A stretch of 64,000 bases of DNA from a virus (lineage: Duplodnaviria > Caudoviricetes). This document shows, one piece after another, positions 39,103 to 49,271 of the stretch (the stretch's first letter is position 1; each line of letters begins with the position of its first letter). The notes below the pieces were generated by a model, which saw nothing but the letters and a program-made list of their open reading frames with translations, was not told where the DNA came from and did no database searches. The position numbers and the translations under genes are program-made. The DNA lies in the IMG/VR virus record IMGVR_UViG_3300019373_000007, positions 32,001 to 96,000 of that record. The stretch is one strand, 5' to 3'.

Positions 39103-39868
39103 GATGTTCAGGTCCGCTAATTTGCTTGCACACACAGTAAAGTTTAATTCAGACGCTAGCGCTAAGCTCCTAGAGACATATGATGAAGTTACACAAGCCG
39201 AATTAGTGGCTGCATCATCTGAGCCTAAGCATCGAACATTTGCTCCAAGCCAATTTCGATGCGACCGGATTAGCTGGTTTCGGTTGAGGGGAGTACAACC
39301 AGATAAGGTCGCCCAAGCAGACACTGCTCTGGACTTTACTGCTGTTGTAGGGACAGCTTGCCATGAAATGATTCAGCGGCGGCTGTCAGGAACAGCGGCT
39401 TGGTTAGATGTTGAGAAGCATCTAGCTGAGCACTGCTTGTTTCCGTATACATGCGAATCTAAAGGATATGAGACACTCATTGAGATAAATGATCCACCTG
39501 TTCGATTTGCATGTGATGGTCTTGTAGAGATTTCCGGTCAACGTTATCTACTAGAGATAAAGTCATCTGAGTATTCATCTTTTCAGGACCTAACAGAACC
39601 TAAGGAGCGACACATTGATCAGGTGAAATGCTATTGTGCATTGATCAATGTAGAAAATGCTCTTGTATTATACATCGATAGACAGTACGGTGACATGAAA
39701 TGCTTCCAGGTTCGTGTGCCCCTATATCAACGCGAGGATGTAATTTCTCGTATGAAGAAGGTAATGGATCTTGCAGAAGCACGCATTGCACCCGATAGAT
39801 TGCCTAAGGGTGATCCCTGGTGCTCATCTAGCATGTGCCCGTATTATCAGAAATGTAAGGAGTGGTAA
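39095..39868 (+). CDS. Cas4-like PD-(D/E)XK exonuclease
   Basis: PSQ..C.R, GTACHE, DG...LEIKS, Q..CY, C....CPY...C. Confidence 0.8.
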   Translation: MNKMFRSANLLAHTVKFNSDASAKLLETYDEVTQAELVAASSEPKHRTFAPSQFRCDRISWFRLRGVQPDKVAQADTALDFTAVVGTACHEMIQRRLSGTAAWLDVEKHLAEHCLFPYTCESKGYETLIEINDPPVRFACDGLVEISGQRYLLEIKSSEYSSFQDLTEPKERHIDQVKCYCALINVENALVLYIDRQYGDMKCFQVRVPLYQREDVISRMKKVMDLAEARIAPDRLPKGDPWCSSSMCPYYQKCKEW

Positions 39869-39869
39869 T

Positions 39870-40178
39870 ATGAAAATCGAGAGAAAAGAGCCCGTAAGCG
39901 ACGTCAATGTTGTAACACTTTCTACAGCTACATACAACAAGCTGAAGAATGAGAACATGAGAGGTCGCATGTTTCTAGATTACATTTTAGATCAGTCTAC
40001 CTACTCACGTGAAAGAGACGCTCTGGTAGTAGATTCTGAAACAGTAGTAACTGCACTCCAGTTTTGCTATGCAGACCTTTACAAGAGACAAGTAGAATCT
40101 GCGAAAGCAGAGCTAACACAAGTAAGAAGAAACGACGACGAAGTGGAGCTCACTGAATCTGTCGGAGACGAGGAGTAA
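39870..40178 (+). CDS. hypothetical protein
   Basis: AAGGAG RBS before ATG 39870. Confidence 0.65.
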   Translation: MKIERKEPVSDVNVVTLSTATYNKLKNENMRGRMFLDYILDQSTYSRERDALVVDSETVVTALQFCYADLYKRQVESAKAELTQVRRNDDEVELTESVGDEE

Positions 40179-40180
40179 CT

Positions 40181-42529
40181 ATGGCAGAGAATTTAGCCTC
40201 TAAGTATCGACCGAAGACATTAGATGACATCACTGAGCAGGGACTTGTTGTTGACATCATCCGCAACATCTGTAGTGCAGATACTATCTCAAACAGAAAC
40301 TTCCTGTTTGTGGGGCCTCCGGGCTGTGGAAAGACAACTTCGGCCCGTTGCATCGCTAACATATTGAATGAAGGAAAGGGCGAGCCGATTGAAATGGATG
40401 CTGCATCTCACAGCGGGGCAGCTGATATGCGTGAGATTGTCAATCAAGCCATGACCTATCCTGTTGGAATGAATTACAAGATATTCATAATTGACGAGTG
40501 TTTTCATGAAGATACACTTATAGCTACTAATCATGGCGAAGTTAGAATATCGTCTGTACGCAGAGGAGATATAGTGCAGGGCTTAGGTGAAGATCACCGA
40601 GTATTGAACGTCTTTAAGAATAAAGTAAGCCCGCTACGCTTAACAATCATTCATACTAATTCAAGGGACATATTAACAACTTGCGATCACTTATTCATGA
40701 CTGATGAGGGGTGGGTAGAAAGCAAGAATCTTGAGAAAGGTTGTGTGATTTATGGGAAGAGTGACGAAGCCCTGCGTAGTATGCGGCAAGATGTTCGAGA
40801 GCTACGAATCGGACCATCGACAAGCTTGTGGGAGAGAATGTGGGGAGATTCTCCGCAAACGGAATCTGACGAAATTCCATCAGAATTACAATCCGACTGG
40901 CTACACGAAAGAGTGTCCCGTATGCAAGAAGAAATTTTACACTCCGAAATCAGTGGATGCTATAACGTGTTCTGCGAAGTGTGGCAATATATGGAGGGTG
41001 CAGCAAGGCCGTTCGGACAAGCAACAACAGACTTGGCTAAGTCACAGATACTTATTTACTTGTCCGATATGTGGAAAGCAGGAATGGGTGAGAAAGAAAG
41101 AACCGAAGAAGTATTGCTCAGTCCAGTGCCAGGGAGCAGCCAAGCATCTTCAACATGTCCAGCAAGCGAAGCAGCGTATCGCTGTTTGCGAGATTTGTGG
41201 GAAAGAGTTTCATCCGAAATCAACTGGAGTCCGGACATGCTCGCAGAAGTGCAGGAATATTCTGATTGGGCGTATGCAAATGGGCACTCCTCGACCAGCA
41301 TCGTCAGAATGGATGAAGAATCACAATCCAATGAGCAATCCAGAGACGGTGAAGAAGACGTTAGCTACGAAAGAGAAAAATGGGACATTGCACATCGCAC
41401 CTGTTATGCGTGGTGGAAATGGTTCCTACACAGAGCCTCAGATGCGACTTTATCATGCTCTGGGGGACCAGTGGATATTGGAGTATCCTGTAAAGACGCA
41501 CGCTCCGAGGCACAACGAAATGGGGTATCCTACGAATTACAAAGTAGACCTAGGACGTCCCGATATTCAGCTAGCGATCGAGGTGGATGGTGTAGACCAC
41601 AATATGAAATCTCACAAATCGCTAGATCAAAAGAAGACGGAATGCTTGGAGAACTTAGGGTGGACAGTATTGAGATTTACCAACCAGGATATAATGACCA
41701 ATCTTTCGAGCGTTATTTCAGCCATTCAGAACTGCATAGCGAATATGTAGATATGTACGATCTTGAAGTAGAGGGTCACCCTTCTTATTTTGCTAATGGA
41801 TGCTTAGTGCATAACTGCCATTCTCTGAGCCAGCAGGCTTGGCAAGCTGCATTGAAGACGCTAGAAGAGCAGCCAGCTAAGAGCATGTTCTTGCTATGCA
41901 CAACTAACCCTGAGAAGATTCCGGCAACTATATTGTCACGAGTACAGACATTCCAGCTATCTAAGATCAGCTTAGATGGAATCAACAAGCGATTGCATTA
42001 TATCATTGATCAGGAGAATGCAGAAGGTCGAGGCATCAAAGCAGATGACGATGCAGTCCTTTACATCAGCAAGATGGCTAACGGAGGTATGCGAGATGCA
42101 ATCACATTGCTCGATAAGGCACTTGCTTACAGCAATGAAGTGTCCTTAACAACCATTCAGCAGGCTCTCGGATTGCCTAACTACGATACTTACTTCGACC
42201 TACTCAACGCACTAGTTAAGAAGGACAACAGTAAGATCATAGCTATTGTAAATGAAGTATACAATTCCGGAGTAAACTTCGTGAAGTGGTTCGAGAACTT
42301 CTTTGCATTCATCACTAACATTGTGAAGTATATCTACTTGCAGGATATCAATCAGACGATGATTCCAGCTACGTATCAAGAAAAGATCAAAGGGTACGGA
42401 GCGCAGCATGCAGCTCTATGCTTAAAGATATGTAACCGTCTAGCCGTGTTAAACGGCGAGCTACGCTCCTCTCAGTATTTACAGGAGTTAGCTATCTACT
42501 ATTTATGTACACCGTCAGCAAAGGGGTAA
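40181..42529 (+). CDS. dnaX: clamp loader DnaX (gamma/tau-like) with intein
   Basis: KYRPK, GPPGCGKTT, EMDAAS, IIDE/CH, LKTLEE, TILSR, GGMRDA. Confidence 0.92.
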   Translation: MAENLASKYRPKTLDDITEQGLVVDIIRNICSADTISNRNFLFVGPPGCGKTTSARCIANILNEGKGEPIEMDAASHSGAADMREIVNQAMTYPVGMNYKIFIIDECFHEDTLIATNHGEVRISSVRRGDIVQGLGEDHRVLNVFKNKVSPLRLTIIHTNSRDILTTCDHLFMTDEGWVESKNLEKGCVIYGKSDEALRSMRQDVRELRIGPSTSLWERMWGDSPQTESDEIPSELQSDWLHERVSRMQEEILHSEISGCYNVFCEVWQYMEGAARPFGQATTDLAKSQILIYLSDMWKAGMGEKERTEEVLLSPVPGSSQASSTCPASEAAYRCLRDLWERVSSEINWSPDMLAEVQEYSDWAYANGHSSTSIVRMDEESQSNEQSRDGEEDVSYEREKWDIAHRTCYAWWKWFLHRASDATLSCSGGPVDIGVSCKDARSEAQRNGVSYELQSRPRTSRYSASDRGGWCRPQYEISQIARSKEDGMLGELRVDSIEIYQPGYNDQSFERYFSHSELHSEYVDMYDLEVEGHPSYFANGCLVHNCHSLSQQAWQAALKTLEEQPAKSMFLLCTTNPEKIPATILSRVQTFQLSKISLDGINKRLHYIIDQENAEGRGIKADDDAVLYISKMANGGMRDAITLLDKALAYSNEVSLTTIQQALGLPNYDTYFDLLNALVKKDNSKIIAIVNEVYNSGVNFVKWFENFFAFITNIVKYIYLQDINQTMIPATYQEKIKGYGAQHAALCLKICNRLAVLNGELRSSQYLQELAIYYLCTPSAKG
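40499..41815 (+). mobile_element. intein (439 aa) in DnaX Walker B
   Basis: C-FHEDT start, TCDHLF block B, MYDLEV..HPSYFANGCLVHN then C. Confidence 0.9.
40752..41750 (+). CDS. zinc-finger-repeat plus Vsr/DUF559-like endonuclease nested in +1 frame inside the intein
   Basis: four CxxC...CSxxC-type repeats; YKVDL..LAIEVDG..H...D..K...L..LGWTVLRF.N. Confidence 0.85.
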   Translation: MGRVTKPCVVCGKMFESYESDHRQACGRECGEILRKRNLTKFHQNYNPTGYTKECPVCKKKFYTPKSVDAITCSAKCGNIWRVQQGRSDKQQQTWLSHRYLFTCPICGKQEWVRKKEPKKYCSVQCQGAAKHLQHVQQAKQRIAVCEICGKEFHPKSTGVRTCSQKCRNILIGRMQMGTPRPASSEWMKNHNPMSNPETVKKTLATKEKNGTLHIAPVMRGGNGSYTEPQMRLYHALGDQWILEYPVKTHAPRHNEMGYPTNYKVDLGRPDIQLAIEVDGVDHNMKSHKSLDQKKTECLENLGWTVLRFTNQDIMTNLSSVISAIQNCIANM

Positions 42530-42535
42530 TACGCC

Positions 42536-43057
42536 GTGAATTTCGATGAAGTAGTAAAGACACATCAAGATGACATCAATCAAGTCCAGAAGTGGGCAGA
42601 CGAGCAGTACGATGCTTACTTCGGTCCTCACTTTAAGGAACAGGCAGAGCTATACAAGCGAATCCATTCTAAGTCCTATGTTATTACTGACCAGGACCTT
42701 GAGTGGATCCTCACAACTTTGCCGCTAGAATTGATTGCTGTTTCTGAGGAGGTCAGCAAACTCAAGACTGCTCAAGAAGTCATCAAGATGCACATCAAAG
42801 AAGTCGAGAATGACACAATCAACAATCCTGAGATGGGAGATACTCGCACCAAGCGGCAAGAAGCCGCAGCACAGATAACGGCGGGTGATCGACTTCTCAG
42901 CTCTGTGTATACAATAATCTCCGAGAGAGTAGATAAGCAAGTTTCGTTCTCTAGGGAGTTGATCATGAGTGCCAAGAAGCTGTGGGACGCACGAAAGGAA
43001 TCTAACATGCTCCTGCCGACTCCCGGATCTCTTGGAGAATATGATTTCAATAAATAG
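42536..43057 (+). CDS. hypothetical helical protein
   Basis: ORF track between dnaX and recA. Confidence 0.7.
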   Translation: MNFDEVVKTHQDDINQVQKWADEQYDAYFGPHFKEQAELYKRIHSKSYVITDQDLEWILTTLPLELIAVSEEVSKLKTAQEVIKMHIKEVENDTINNPEMGDTRTKRQEAAAQITAGDRLLSSVYTIISERVDKQVSFSRELIMSAKKLWDARKESNMLLPTPGSLGEYDFNK

Positions 43058-43068
43058 GAGGATATAAG

Positions 43069-44262
43069 ATGTCTCAATATGAACAAATGCTTAACAAGGC
43101 AGCGAAGGACTGGAATTGCCCTGATATGTTCACTTCTGCTAAGCTGAACATTCCTAAGATTCCGTTCTCTGCACCTATGTTAAACTATGCGACATACGGA
43201 GGAGTTCCTAGGGGACGAATTAGTGAGTTCTGTGGGGCTCCAGGTAGCGGTAAGTCATCTACTGCTATTGATGTGTGTCATAACGCTAGAGAGCTATTCA
43301 ATAGAGAGTTTGAAGAAAAGGTTCAGGACTACCGTAACCGTATCGCAAAGGGCAAGAAAGAGTATTCAGGTCCATTGGAGGACTTACTCGACGCAGGTCC
43401 TAAGAAGATCCTCTATGCAGATATCGAGCATGGATATGACTTTACATGGGCAGCTAAGATGAATATCAAAGAAACTGATTTGGACGTCATGCAGCCGCCT
43501 GATGTAGCTGCTGAAAAGATACTTCAGTTCATTCAGGATCTTATCGAAGATGGGCAGCTGGGGTTAGTTGTTTTGGATTCTGTGCCTACATTAGCTACCG
43601 AAGCTCAGTTAAGTAAGAAGTACGGAGAGAGAACCGTAGCTTCCTTAGCCGGTCTCATGACTGATTTCCTTCGTAAGATTGTACCGCTTCTCACTAAGCA
43701 TGATTGTACTCTGATCCTCATCAATCAGATTCGACCTAATATGGAGAATCCATATGTTATCAATACGCCTGGCGGTGAAGCTATTAAGTTCTATTCTACA
43801 TTGAGAATGTTCTTCCGACTCGGAGCACCTGTAGACTTCGCAGGAAACGAGCTTCCGCAATCTACTGAGAATCCTAGCGGATACATTGTAAACGTTAAGT
43901 TACTGAAGCAGAAGGGAGCTGCATTCGATAGAAAGATAGCATCTTACTTCTTAATGGCTCAGTCAGGAATTCGACCTGATTATGATTACGCTAAGCTAGC
44001 AATCAACAAGTACGGAATCATCAAGAAGAGCGGTGGATGGTTCACGATGTGCAATCCAGTAACTGGTGAAATCCTTGAGGTTGACGGTAAGCCTGAGAAG
44101 GTCAACGGTCAGGTTAAGGTATATGCATATCTAGAGGAGCATCCAGATTACTATCGACTACTTCAGGAGTATATCTTAGCAGATATCAATGGAGTTGAAT
44201 TTGATCCGTCATCAATACTCCCAGATGACGTTCCTGTTATTGAACAGAACAAGGAGGAATAA
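43069..44262 (+). CDS. recA: RecA-family recombinase
   Basis: GGVPRGRISE..GAPGSGKS, DIEH, VLDSV, INQIR, TPGG.AIKFY, KSGGWF. Confidence 0.93.
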   Translation: MSQYEQMLNKAAKDWNCPDMFTSAKLNIPKIPFSAPMLNYATYGGVPRGRISEFCGAPGSGKSSTAIDVCHNARELFNREFEEKVQDYRNRIAKGKKEYSGPLEDLLDAGPKKILYADIEHGYDFTWAAKMNIKETDLDVMQPPDVAAEKILQFIQDLIEDGQLGLVVLDSVPTLATEAQLSKKYGERTVASLAGLMTDFLRKIVPLLTKHDCTLILINQIRPNMENPYVINTPGGEAIKFYSTLRMFFRLGAPVDFAGNELPQSTENPSGYIVNVKLLKQKGAAFDRKIASYFLMAQSGIRPDYDYAKLAINKYGIIKKSGGWFTMCNPVTGEILEVDGKPEKVNGQVKVYAYLEEHPDYYRLLQEYILADINGVEFDPSSILPDDVPVIEQNKEE

Positions 44263-44264
44263 AT

Positions 44265-44774
44265 ATGGCATCTACAAAGGACTATTCGTCCAAACAAGAA
44301 TCCATGATAGCCGAAGATTTAGGCTGGTCAGTTGTATCTGGAAGCGGAGCTGCTCCTGCTACACCCGGCGATGTTATCGGAGATGATTGGCTCGGAGAGT
44401 GCAAGACACACATGGATAAGACCAAGATCTTCTTCGACTACAATGTGTGGGTGAAGATTGAAGCAGAAGCATCTATGCGACATAGAAAGCCTGTTTTGTT
44501 TTGCGACGATGGAAGCCAGACCTTAGCAAGTACATGGGCAGTTTGCTACATGCATAACATCGAGAATCCAAGTAGTATCTTAGCTACAGATGTTCCATTT
44601 CCTGTCCGCAAAAACCTGAGCTTCAACTCAGGCGACCAGCTTCGCTACTTAACTAAGATGAGTAAGGACAACATGGGTGCTTTCTTCCGTGGTATCGTCT
44701 TTGAGTACCAGTGGAAAGATTACCATGTAGCTATTATGCCATACTACACATTCAAGGAGATCTGTGCAAAGTGA
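44265..44774 (+). CDS. Holliday junction resolvase (Hjc-like PD-(D/E)XK)
   Basis: QE..IA..LG...GSGA...GDV....ECKT. Confidence 0.75.
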   Translation: MASTKDYSSKQESMIAEDLGWSVVSGSGAAPATPGDVIGDDWLGECKTHMDKTKIFFDYNVWVKIEAEASMRHRKPVLFCDDGSQTLASTWAVCYMHNIENPSSILATDVPFPVRKNLSFNSGDQLRYLTKMSKDNMGAFFRGIVFEYQWKDYHVAIMPYYTFKEICAK

Positions 44775-45697
44775 TTGACATTCAGGAATTAGGGCTATCC
44801 ATCTTAAGCGATAGCCCTAAGAAATTTTATGTACTCGGTGGGCCTGAATATGGTGTAAAGGACAAGTACTTAGATCATCTCTGGAAGCTCTACGGGAAGA
44901 AAGAAGAATATGCACACGTAGAAGATGTCATCAACATGATGTCAACTCGCCGATTGATTCCACTTCAGCCGACGCTGTATGTTGTGCGCTATGATGACGC
45001 ATTCGTCAGCAAGATTGACGGTGTGTATGCAGAAAAGATCCGGAAGACAAACATCATAGGAACTATCGTCTGCATATACATTGACGATAAGCACATCAAT
45101 AAGATTGACAAGTTTCTCCCTGAATGCGTTTGCACTATAAGCTTAGTCAATCCTAAGTTTGTAGAGCGATATCTGCATCAAGACTTCCCTAAGCTAGATG
45201 ATAGATCAATTAGGATCGCAACTGATGCCGGTGACAACTACGGTCATTCCAGAAACATCTGCCGGTCTATGTCATGCACAGATGTAGAGGTACTCGCTCG
45301 AATGTCTGAGAAAGAGATCTGTTCATTCTTCGGATGTCACGATGCTTCTACAGAAAAGAATATCCAAGTAGCAATCGCGGCTCGCAACTTCCCTGCATTC
45401 TATTCAGCATTGTCAGAGTATTCCGGTGACTTGTCCACAGTCTACTATTCATTCTTGCAGACAATGATTGAATTAGAGAAGATCAAGTCAAGCAAGTACT
45501 CGAATTCGGAGTTACGCGACTATGCTAAGGCGTGGTCTATAGAAGATATCTACTACATGTTTATGAACGTCTACAAGCATCTGGAGCTATCTAGGTCTAG
45601 TCAATCCACTGACATCAGCTGCAGTTTGATTTATCTTGCGAGTCTATTCACGTTTCAGCATGTACCTAGTCCGGAGGTGATGGAATATGGAGCTTAA
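44771..45697 (+). CDS. clamp loader delta-like subunit
   Basis: KFYVLGGPEYG N-terminus typical of HolA; coupled to HolB-like gene. Confidence 0.6.
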   Translation: MIDIQELGLSILSDSPKKFYVLGGPEYGVKDKYLDHLWKLYGKKEEYAHVEDVINMMSTRRLIPLQPTLYVVRYDDAFVSKIDGVYAEKIRKTNIIGTIVCIYIDDKHINKIDKFLPECVCTISLVNPKFVERYLHQDFPKLDDRSIRIATDAGDNYGHSRNICRSMSCTDVEVLARMSEKEICSFFGCHDASTEKNIQVAIAARNFPAFYSALSEYSGDLSTVYYSFLQTMIELEKIKSSKYSNSELRDYAKAWSIEDIYYMFMNVYKHLELSRSSQSTDISCSLIYLASLFTFQHVPSPEVMEYGA

Positions 45698-46469
45698 GTG
45701 TCAGCAGCAAGCAATGAACAATCTCGCTCAGCTAGCCGAATCTGGCCGTCAGAGCATTCTAGTAGAAGGCCCTCAGGGATGCGGTAAGAGCTATTTAGCG
45801 AAGCAGTTTGCTACTATCTTGATGGTGTCAGACTTTGTTACGGTACCACCCAAGGTAGCAGATATCAGAGAAGCTATAGATGGATGTTACAACATCAACA
45901 ACCCTGTCGTGATTTCTATAGAGAATCTCGACTTAGGCGTACCTGCAGCGTCCTACACATTGCTCAAGTTCCTGGAGGAGCCGTTACCTTATGTCTACAT
46001 TGTAGTAACTTGCAGGAATTTGAAGGGAGTACCGGATACTATCATCAGCCGAAGCGCAGTTGTTTCTGTGGATCCGCCTACGCAAGCAGACCTAGTCACA
46101 TATGCTTCTCAGATGGATTACGCATCTGCTAATCTTGCACATCAGCGAGGTGTATGGTCACTGACTCGTACATTCCAAGATGTAGATGAAGTCCTTCACA
46201 TGACACCAGACCAGCTATCCTTCTTCGACAAGACAGATACATTCACTGGATTCAGAGACAGCGTATCTACTATTGTATGGAACTGGTCTCATTATACAGA
46301 TGGCAGGGAATGTAACATAGCATTCTCTATTCGCAAGATAATGGAGCTGAACCGCACACCTTTTGTAACTAAGAGCTGTTTAGATACGCTGAGAGAACTA
46401 TCGACAGGCCGAGTAGCACAGCATGCTATATTATCAAAGCTAGCATTCAACTTGAAATACTGCGAATAA
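45687..46469 (+). CDS. clamp loader delta-prime-like subunit
   Basis: GPQGCGKS, VADIRE, LLKFLEEP, TIISR. Confidence 0.8.
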   Translation: MELKCQQQAMNNLAQLAESGRQSILVEGPQGCGKSYLAKQFATILMVSDFVTVPPKVADIREAIDGCYNINNPVVISIENLDLGVPAASYTLLKFLEEPLPYVYIVVTCRNLKGVPDTIISRSAVVSVDPPTQADLVTYASQMDYASANLAHQRGVWSLTRTFQDVDEVLHMTPDQLSFFDKTDTFTGFRDSVSTIVWNWSHYTDGRECNIAFSIRKIMELNRTPFVTKSCLDTLRELSTGRVAQHAILSKLAFNLKYCE

Positions 46470-46514
46470 TCGTTATATACATATACAGAACACTCATAGG
46501 AGGAAAACAAAGTA

Positions 46515-46733
46515 ATGGCAAAGACAAAGAAACAGGACGGAAGCTTGAAGTACAGCGGTAAGCAGGAAGGCAAGACTACTACCTTCGCAGAGCTTGTTAA
46601 AACTCGTACAGATGAGATGCGAGCTAACATTCGCCCAGGATTCATGACTAAGGTATCATGGATGGGCAAGGAAGCTATTGTATACTCTAAGTCAATCGAC
46701 GAGCTCACTTCTCCTATTGCACATAATAAGTAA
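46515..46733 (+). CDS. small basic hypothetical protein
   Basis: ORF with RBS and AATCGTTAT upstream. Confidence 0.6.
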   Translation: MAKTKKQDGSLKYSGKQEGKTTTFAELVKTRTDEMRANIRPGFMTKVSWMGKEAIVYSKSIDELTSPIAHNK

Positions 46734-47848
46734 TGGCACCCGAAGTGAAACTAGAGTGGAAAGCTGTCCCTGAATTCCATACATATGAAGTATCTTCTGC
46801 AGGGGATATCAGGAATGTAAAAACAGGAAAGATATTGAAACACGCTGTTCCTAAGTTAGTTCCTACTGCTGCTCCTTGCGTAAGCTTAGTACGTGAATCT
46901 AAAATTCGTGTATTTGAAGTGAGATTCATTGTAGCTTGCGCATTTCTCGGAGTAGATATCAATGCTCGACCAAAACCGAAGATTGAATATATTGATGGAG
47001 ATAAGAGTAACAATTGTGTAGCGAACTTGAGGATCAAATCATCTGAATCCCTTCCTGGAGAAGAGTGGCGACCCATTGAGGGTTTTGAAGATAGCTATGC
47101 AGTATCTAATTTAGGGAGAGTAAAAAGATTAGCAAGAGTCGATGTATATAAGACTAAGAATCGAGCTAAAAGCACTACTAGGCCCGTCAGCGAGCTAATC
47201 TTGAAGTCAACAGAAACAGATGAGTACTACCAAGTCAACCTGATATATGGAGAAAAATCAGAATACAGGACCGTTCATCGATTAGTAGCAACAGCATTCA
47301 TCCCAAATCCGGAAAATCTTCCTCAAGTAAATCATATCAACGGGAACAAGCATGATAATCGAGTTGCGAACCTAGAATGGTGCTCTGCGCAAGCGAATGT
47401 ACAGCATTCTATACAAACTGGATTGCGTGATTTACATCAAGTAGGAGTTGACAGGAGTCCTAAGCAACTCTGCTGTTGTGAACTTGACATGACGTTTGCT
47501 ACAATAAGGCAAGCTAGTAGAGACCTCAATATTCCCGAAGTCTACTTAGGTCAATGTATAAAAGAAGGCAAGGAGTGTCACGGATATCACTTCGAGCTGA
47601 TTACAATTGATCGTAGAATCAAATGTCTAGATACAGGACAGATTTTCTTAAGTGAACAACAAGCTAAAGAAGAGTTAGGTCTGCCAAGTAAGGGTATACT
47701 AGATTCAATTGCAAGGCAAACTTGCTATGACGGGTATACATTTTACCTGGTTCGGGATTTGGATAAAATTGATGAAAAAGAATATTTACAGGCAGCTCGA
47801 GCAAAGTATTCACAATGGCCTCGAGCTCACAAACGATGGGAGGACTAG
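46733..47848 (+). CDS. HNH homing endonuclease with duplicated NUMOD4-HNH module
   Basis: first module degenerate (IEYIDGDKSNN), second intact (VHRLVA..VNHINGNKHDNRVANLEW). Confidence 0.85.
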   Translation: MAPEVKLEWKAVPEFHTYEVSSAGDIRNVKTGKILKHAVPKLVPTAAPCVSLVRESKIRVFEVRFIVACAFLGVDINARPKPKIEYIDGDKSNNCVANLRIKSSESLPGEEWRPIEGFEDSYAVSNLGRVKRLARVDVYKTKNRAKSTTRPVSELILKSTETDEYYQVNLIYGEKSEYRTVHRLVATAFIPNPENLPQVNHINGNKHDNRVANLEWCSAQANVQHSIQTGLRDLHQVGVDRSPKQLCCCELDMTFATIRQASRDLNIPEVYLGQCIKEGKECHGYHFELITIDRRIKCLDTGQIFLSEQQAKEELGLPSKGILDSIARQTCYDGYTFYLVRDLDKIDEKEYLQAARAKYSQWPRAHKRWED

Positions 47849-47850
47849 GA

Positions 47851-48840
47851 ATGGAACAACACTATTGCTTCTCTGGCTCGCTAACACTTTCGATGGCGGA
47901 TGAGCTGGAGCGTCTCATGCATGAAGGCAAGTGGCAGCCGGCAGATGCTCTTGTATCTCAGCTAGATAAGTCCGGAATCGCATCTATGATGTCGCATATG
48001 GAACGAGGAATCATCAAATCATTATTCATCGACTCTGGTGCTTACTCAGTTCATACAGGACGCATCAAAGTAACTAATGACGAAGAGCTGAAAGCTTTTG
48101 TTGATGATTACATCGATTTTGTAAACAGTATTGACGATAAGATCTTAGCTGTTGCTCAGGTTGACCACATTCCAGGTGTATTTAAGCAGCCTAAGAAGCC
48201 CGAGGATTATGTAGAGTCTGTAAAGCTGTCTTGGGATAACTTCTTGTATATGCTTCCGAAGATGAAGAGCCCTGAGAAGCTCTTGTATGTATTTCATCAG
48301 GGTGAATCATTCGATGCACTTCAGCACATCTTGGATTGGAGAGATGAGAATGGAAAGCCACTTCAGTATTTAGGAATATCTCCATCTAACGACCGTCCTG
48401 TAGGCGACAAGGATATCTACTTAAAGGAAGTGTACGACTTCATCGCTAAGTCAAGCAATCCTACGATTCATACTCATCTATTTGGATACACATCACTTCC
48501 TGGATTGCCTAAGTTTCCTTGGTACTCATGCGATAGCGTATCTCATCGACTTCGCGCTGCATATAACAAAGTATTCACTCGAGACTATGGTACAATTTCG
48601 TTCTCGATGACCCGAGAGGCTCGGACAACAGCCGATAAGTGCTTCTTTGAGATAGCTGATGAGGAAACTCTTCGCAAGTTTGATGAATTGCTCGACTATT
48701 ATGGATTCACTCGAGAGCAGATGATGGAGGAGTCCTCTGCTAGAACCGCACTTGATATGTGTGAGGTTCAGCGCTACTGCGCAGAGAATCCTTACGCTCC
48801 AGAGAAGATACTTCGAGCAAGGAAACTATTCAAGATCTAA
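47851..48840 (+). CDS. TGT-fold 7-deazaguanine DNA transglycosylase (DpdA-like)
   Basis: LFIDSGAYS, D.IPG, VFHQGE, YLGIS, HLFG, PWYSCDS; que genes present in same genome. Confidence 0.75.
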   Translation: MEQHYCFSGSLTLSMADELERLMHEGKWQPADALVSQLDKSGIASMMSHMERGIIKSLFIDSGAYSVHTGRIKVTNDEELKAFVDDYIDFVNSIDDKILAVAQVDHIPGVFKQPKKPEDYVESVKLSWDNFLYMLPKMKSPEKLLYVFHQGESFDALQHILDWRDENGKPLQYLGISPSNDRPVGDKDIYLKEVYDFIAKSSNPTIHTHLFGYTSLPGLPKFPWYSCDSVSHRLRAAYNKVFTRDYGTISFSMTREARTTADKCFFEIADEETLRKFDELLDYYGFTREQMMEESSARTALDMCEVQRYCAENPYAPEKILRARKLFKI

Positions 48841-48887
48841 CATGATTTCGCATCAAATCGTTATGATAGCATAAGGAGGGCTGAAAC

Positions 48888-49157
48888 ATGATAGCATTAT
48901 CGTCAGATACTCAGCTGGCCTATCTTGCGTTAGCGTTAGTAGTCGTAAACATTGTCATGATCATATGGCAATCGCACAGAGTCAACTTAGTGAATAGAGA
49001 GATATTCTTAATGAAGTATGCATACGTGATACTTTCTAGAAGCATTGCAGCTATCGAAGAAAAAGATGTATCTACTGAGCAAGCAGTAATGGAGATGCAC
49101 AGCATCGCAAAAGAAGTAGCCGAACTAAAAGATAGGATAGAGAGTTTATCTGCATAG
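48888..49157 (+). CDS. small membrane protein
   Basis: N-terminal TM helix. Confidence 0.6.
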   Translation: MIALSSDTQLAYLALALVVVNIVMIIWQSHRVNLVNREIFLMKYAYVILSRSIAAIEEKDVSTEQAVMEMHSIAKEVAELKDRIESLSA

Positions 49158-49271
49158 CACGCAGATAAGGTAAACAAAATAAGAGGTCTTAGCCAAATTC
49201 CAGGGCTAGGACCTTTTATACTTTCAGAATAGAAATTCGTGATACATCACTATTTATGGAGGTTGTTCAAT

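Noticed and set aside
47851-48840. Canonical tRNA-guanine transglycosylase (tgt)
   Set aside because: Lacks the recognisable bacterial Tgt zinc-binding Cys cluster and N-terminal motifs; the phage context favours a DNA-acting DpdA-like enzyme
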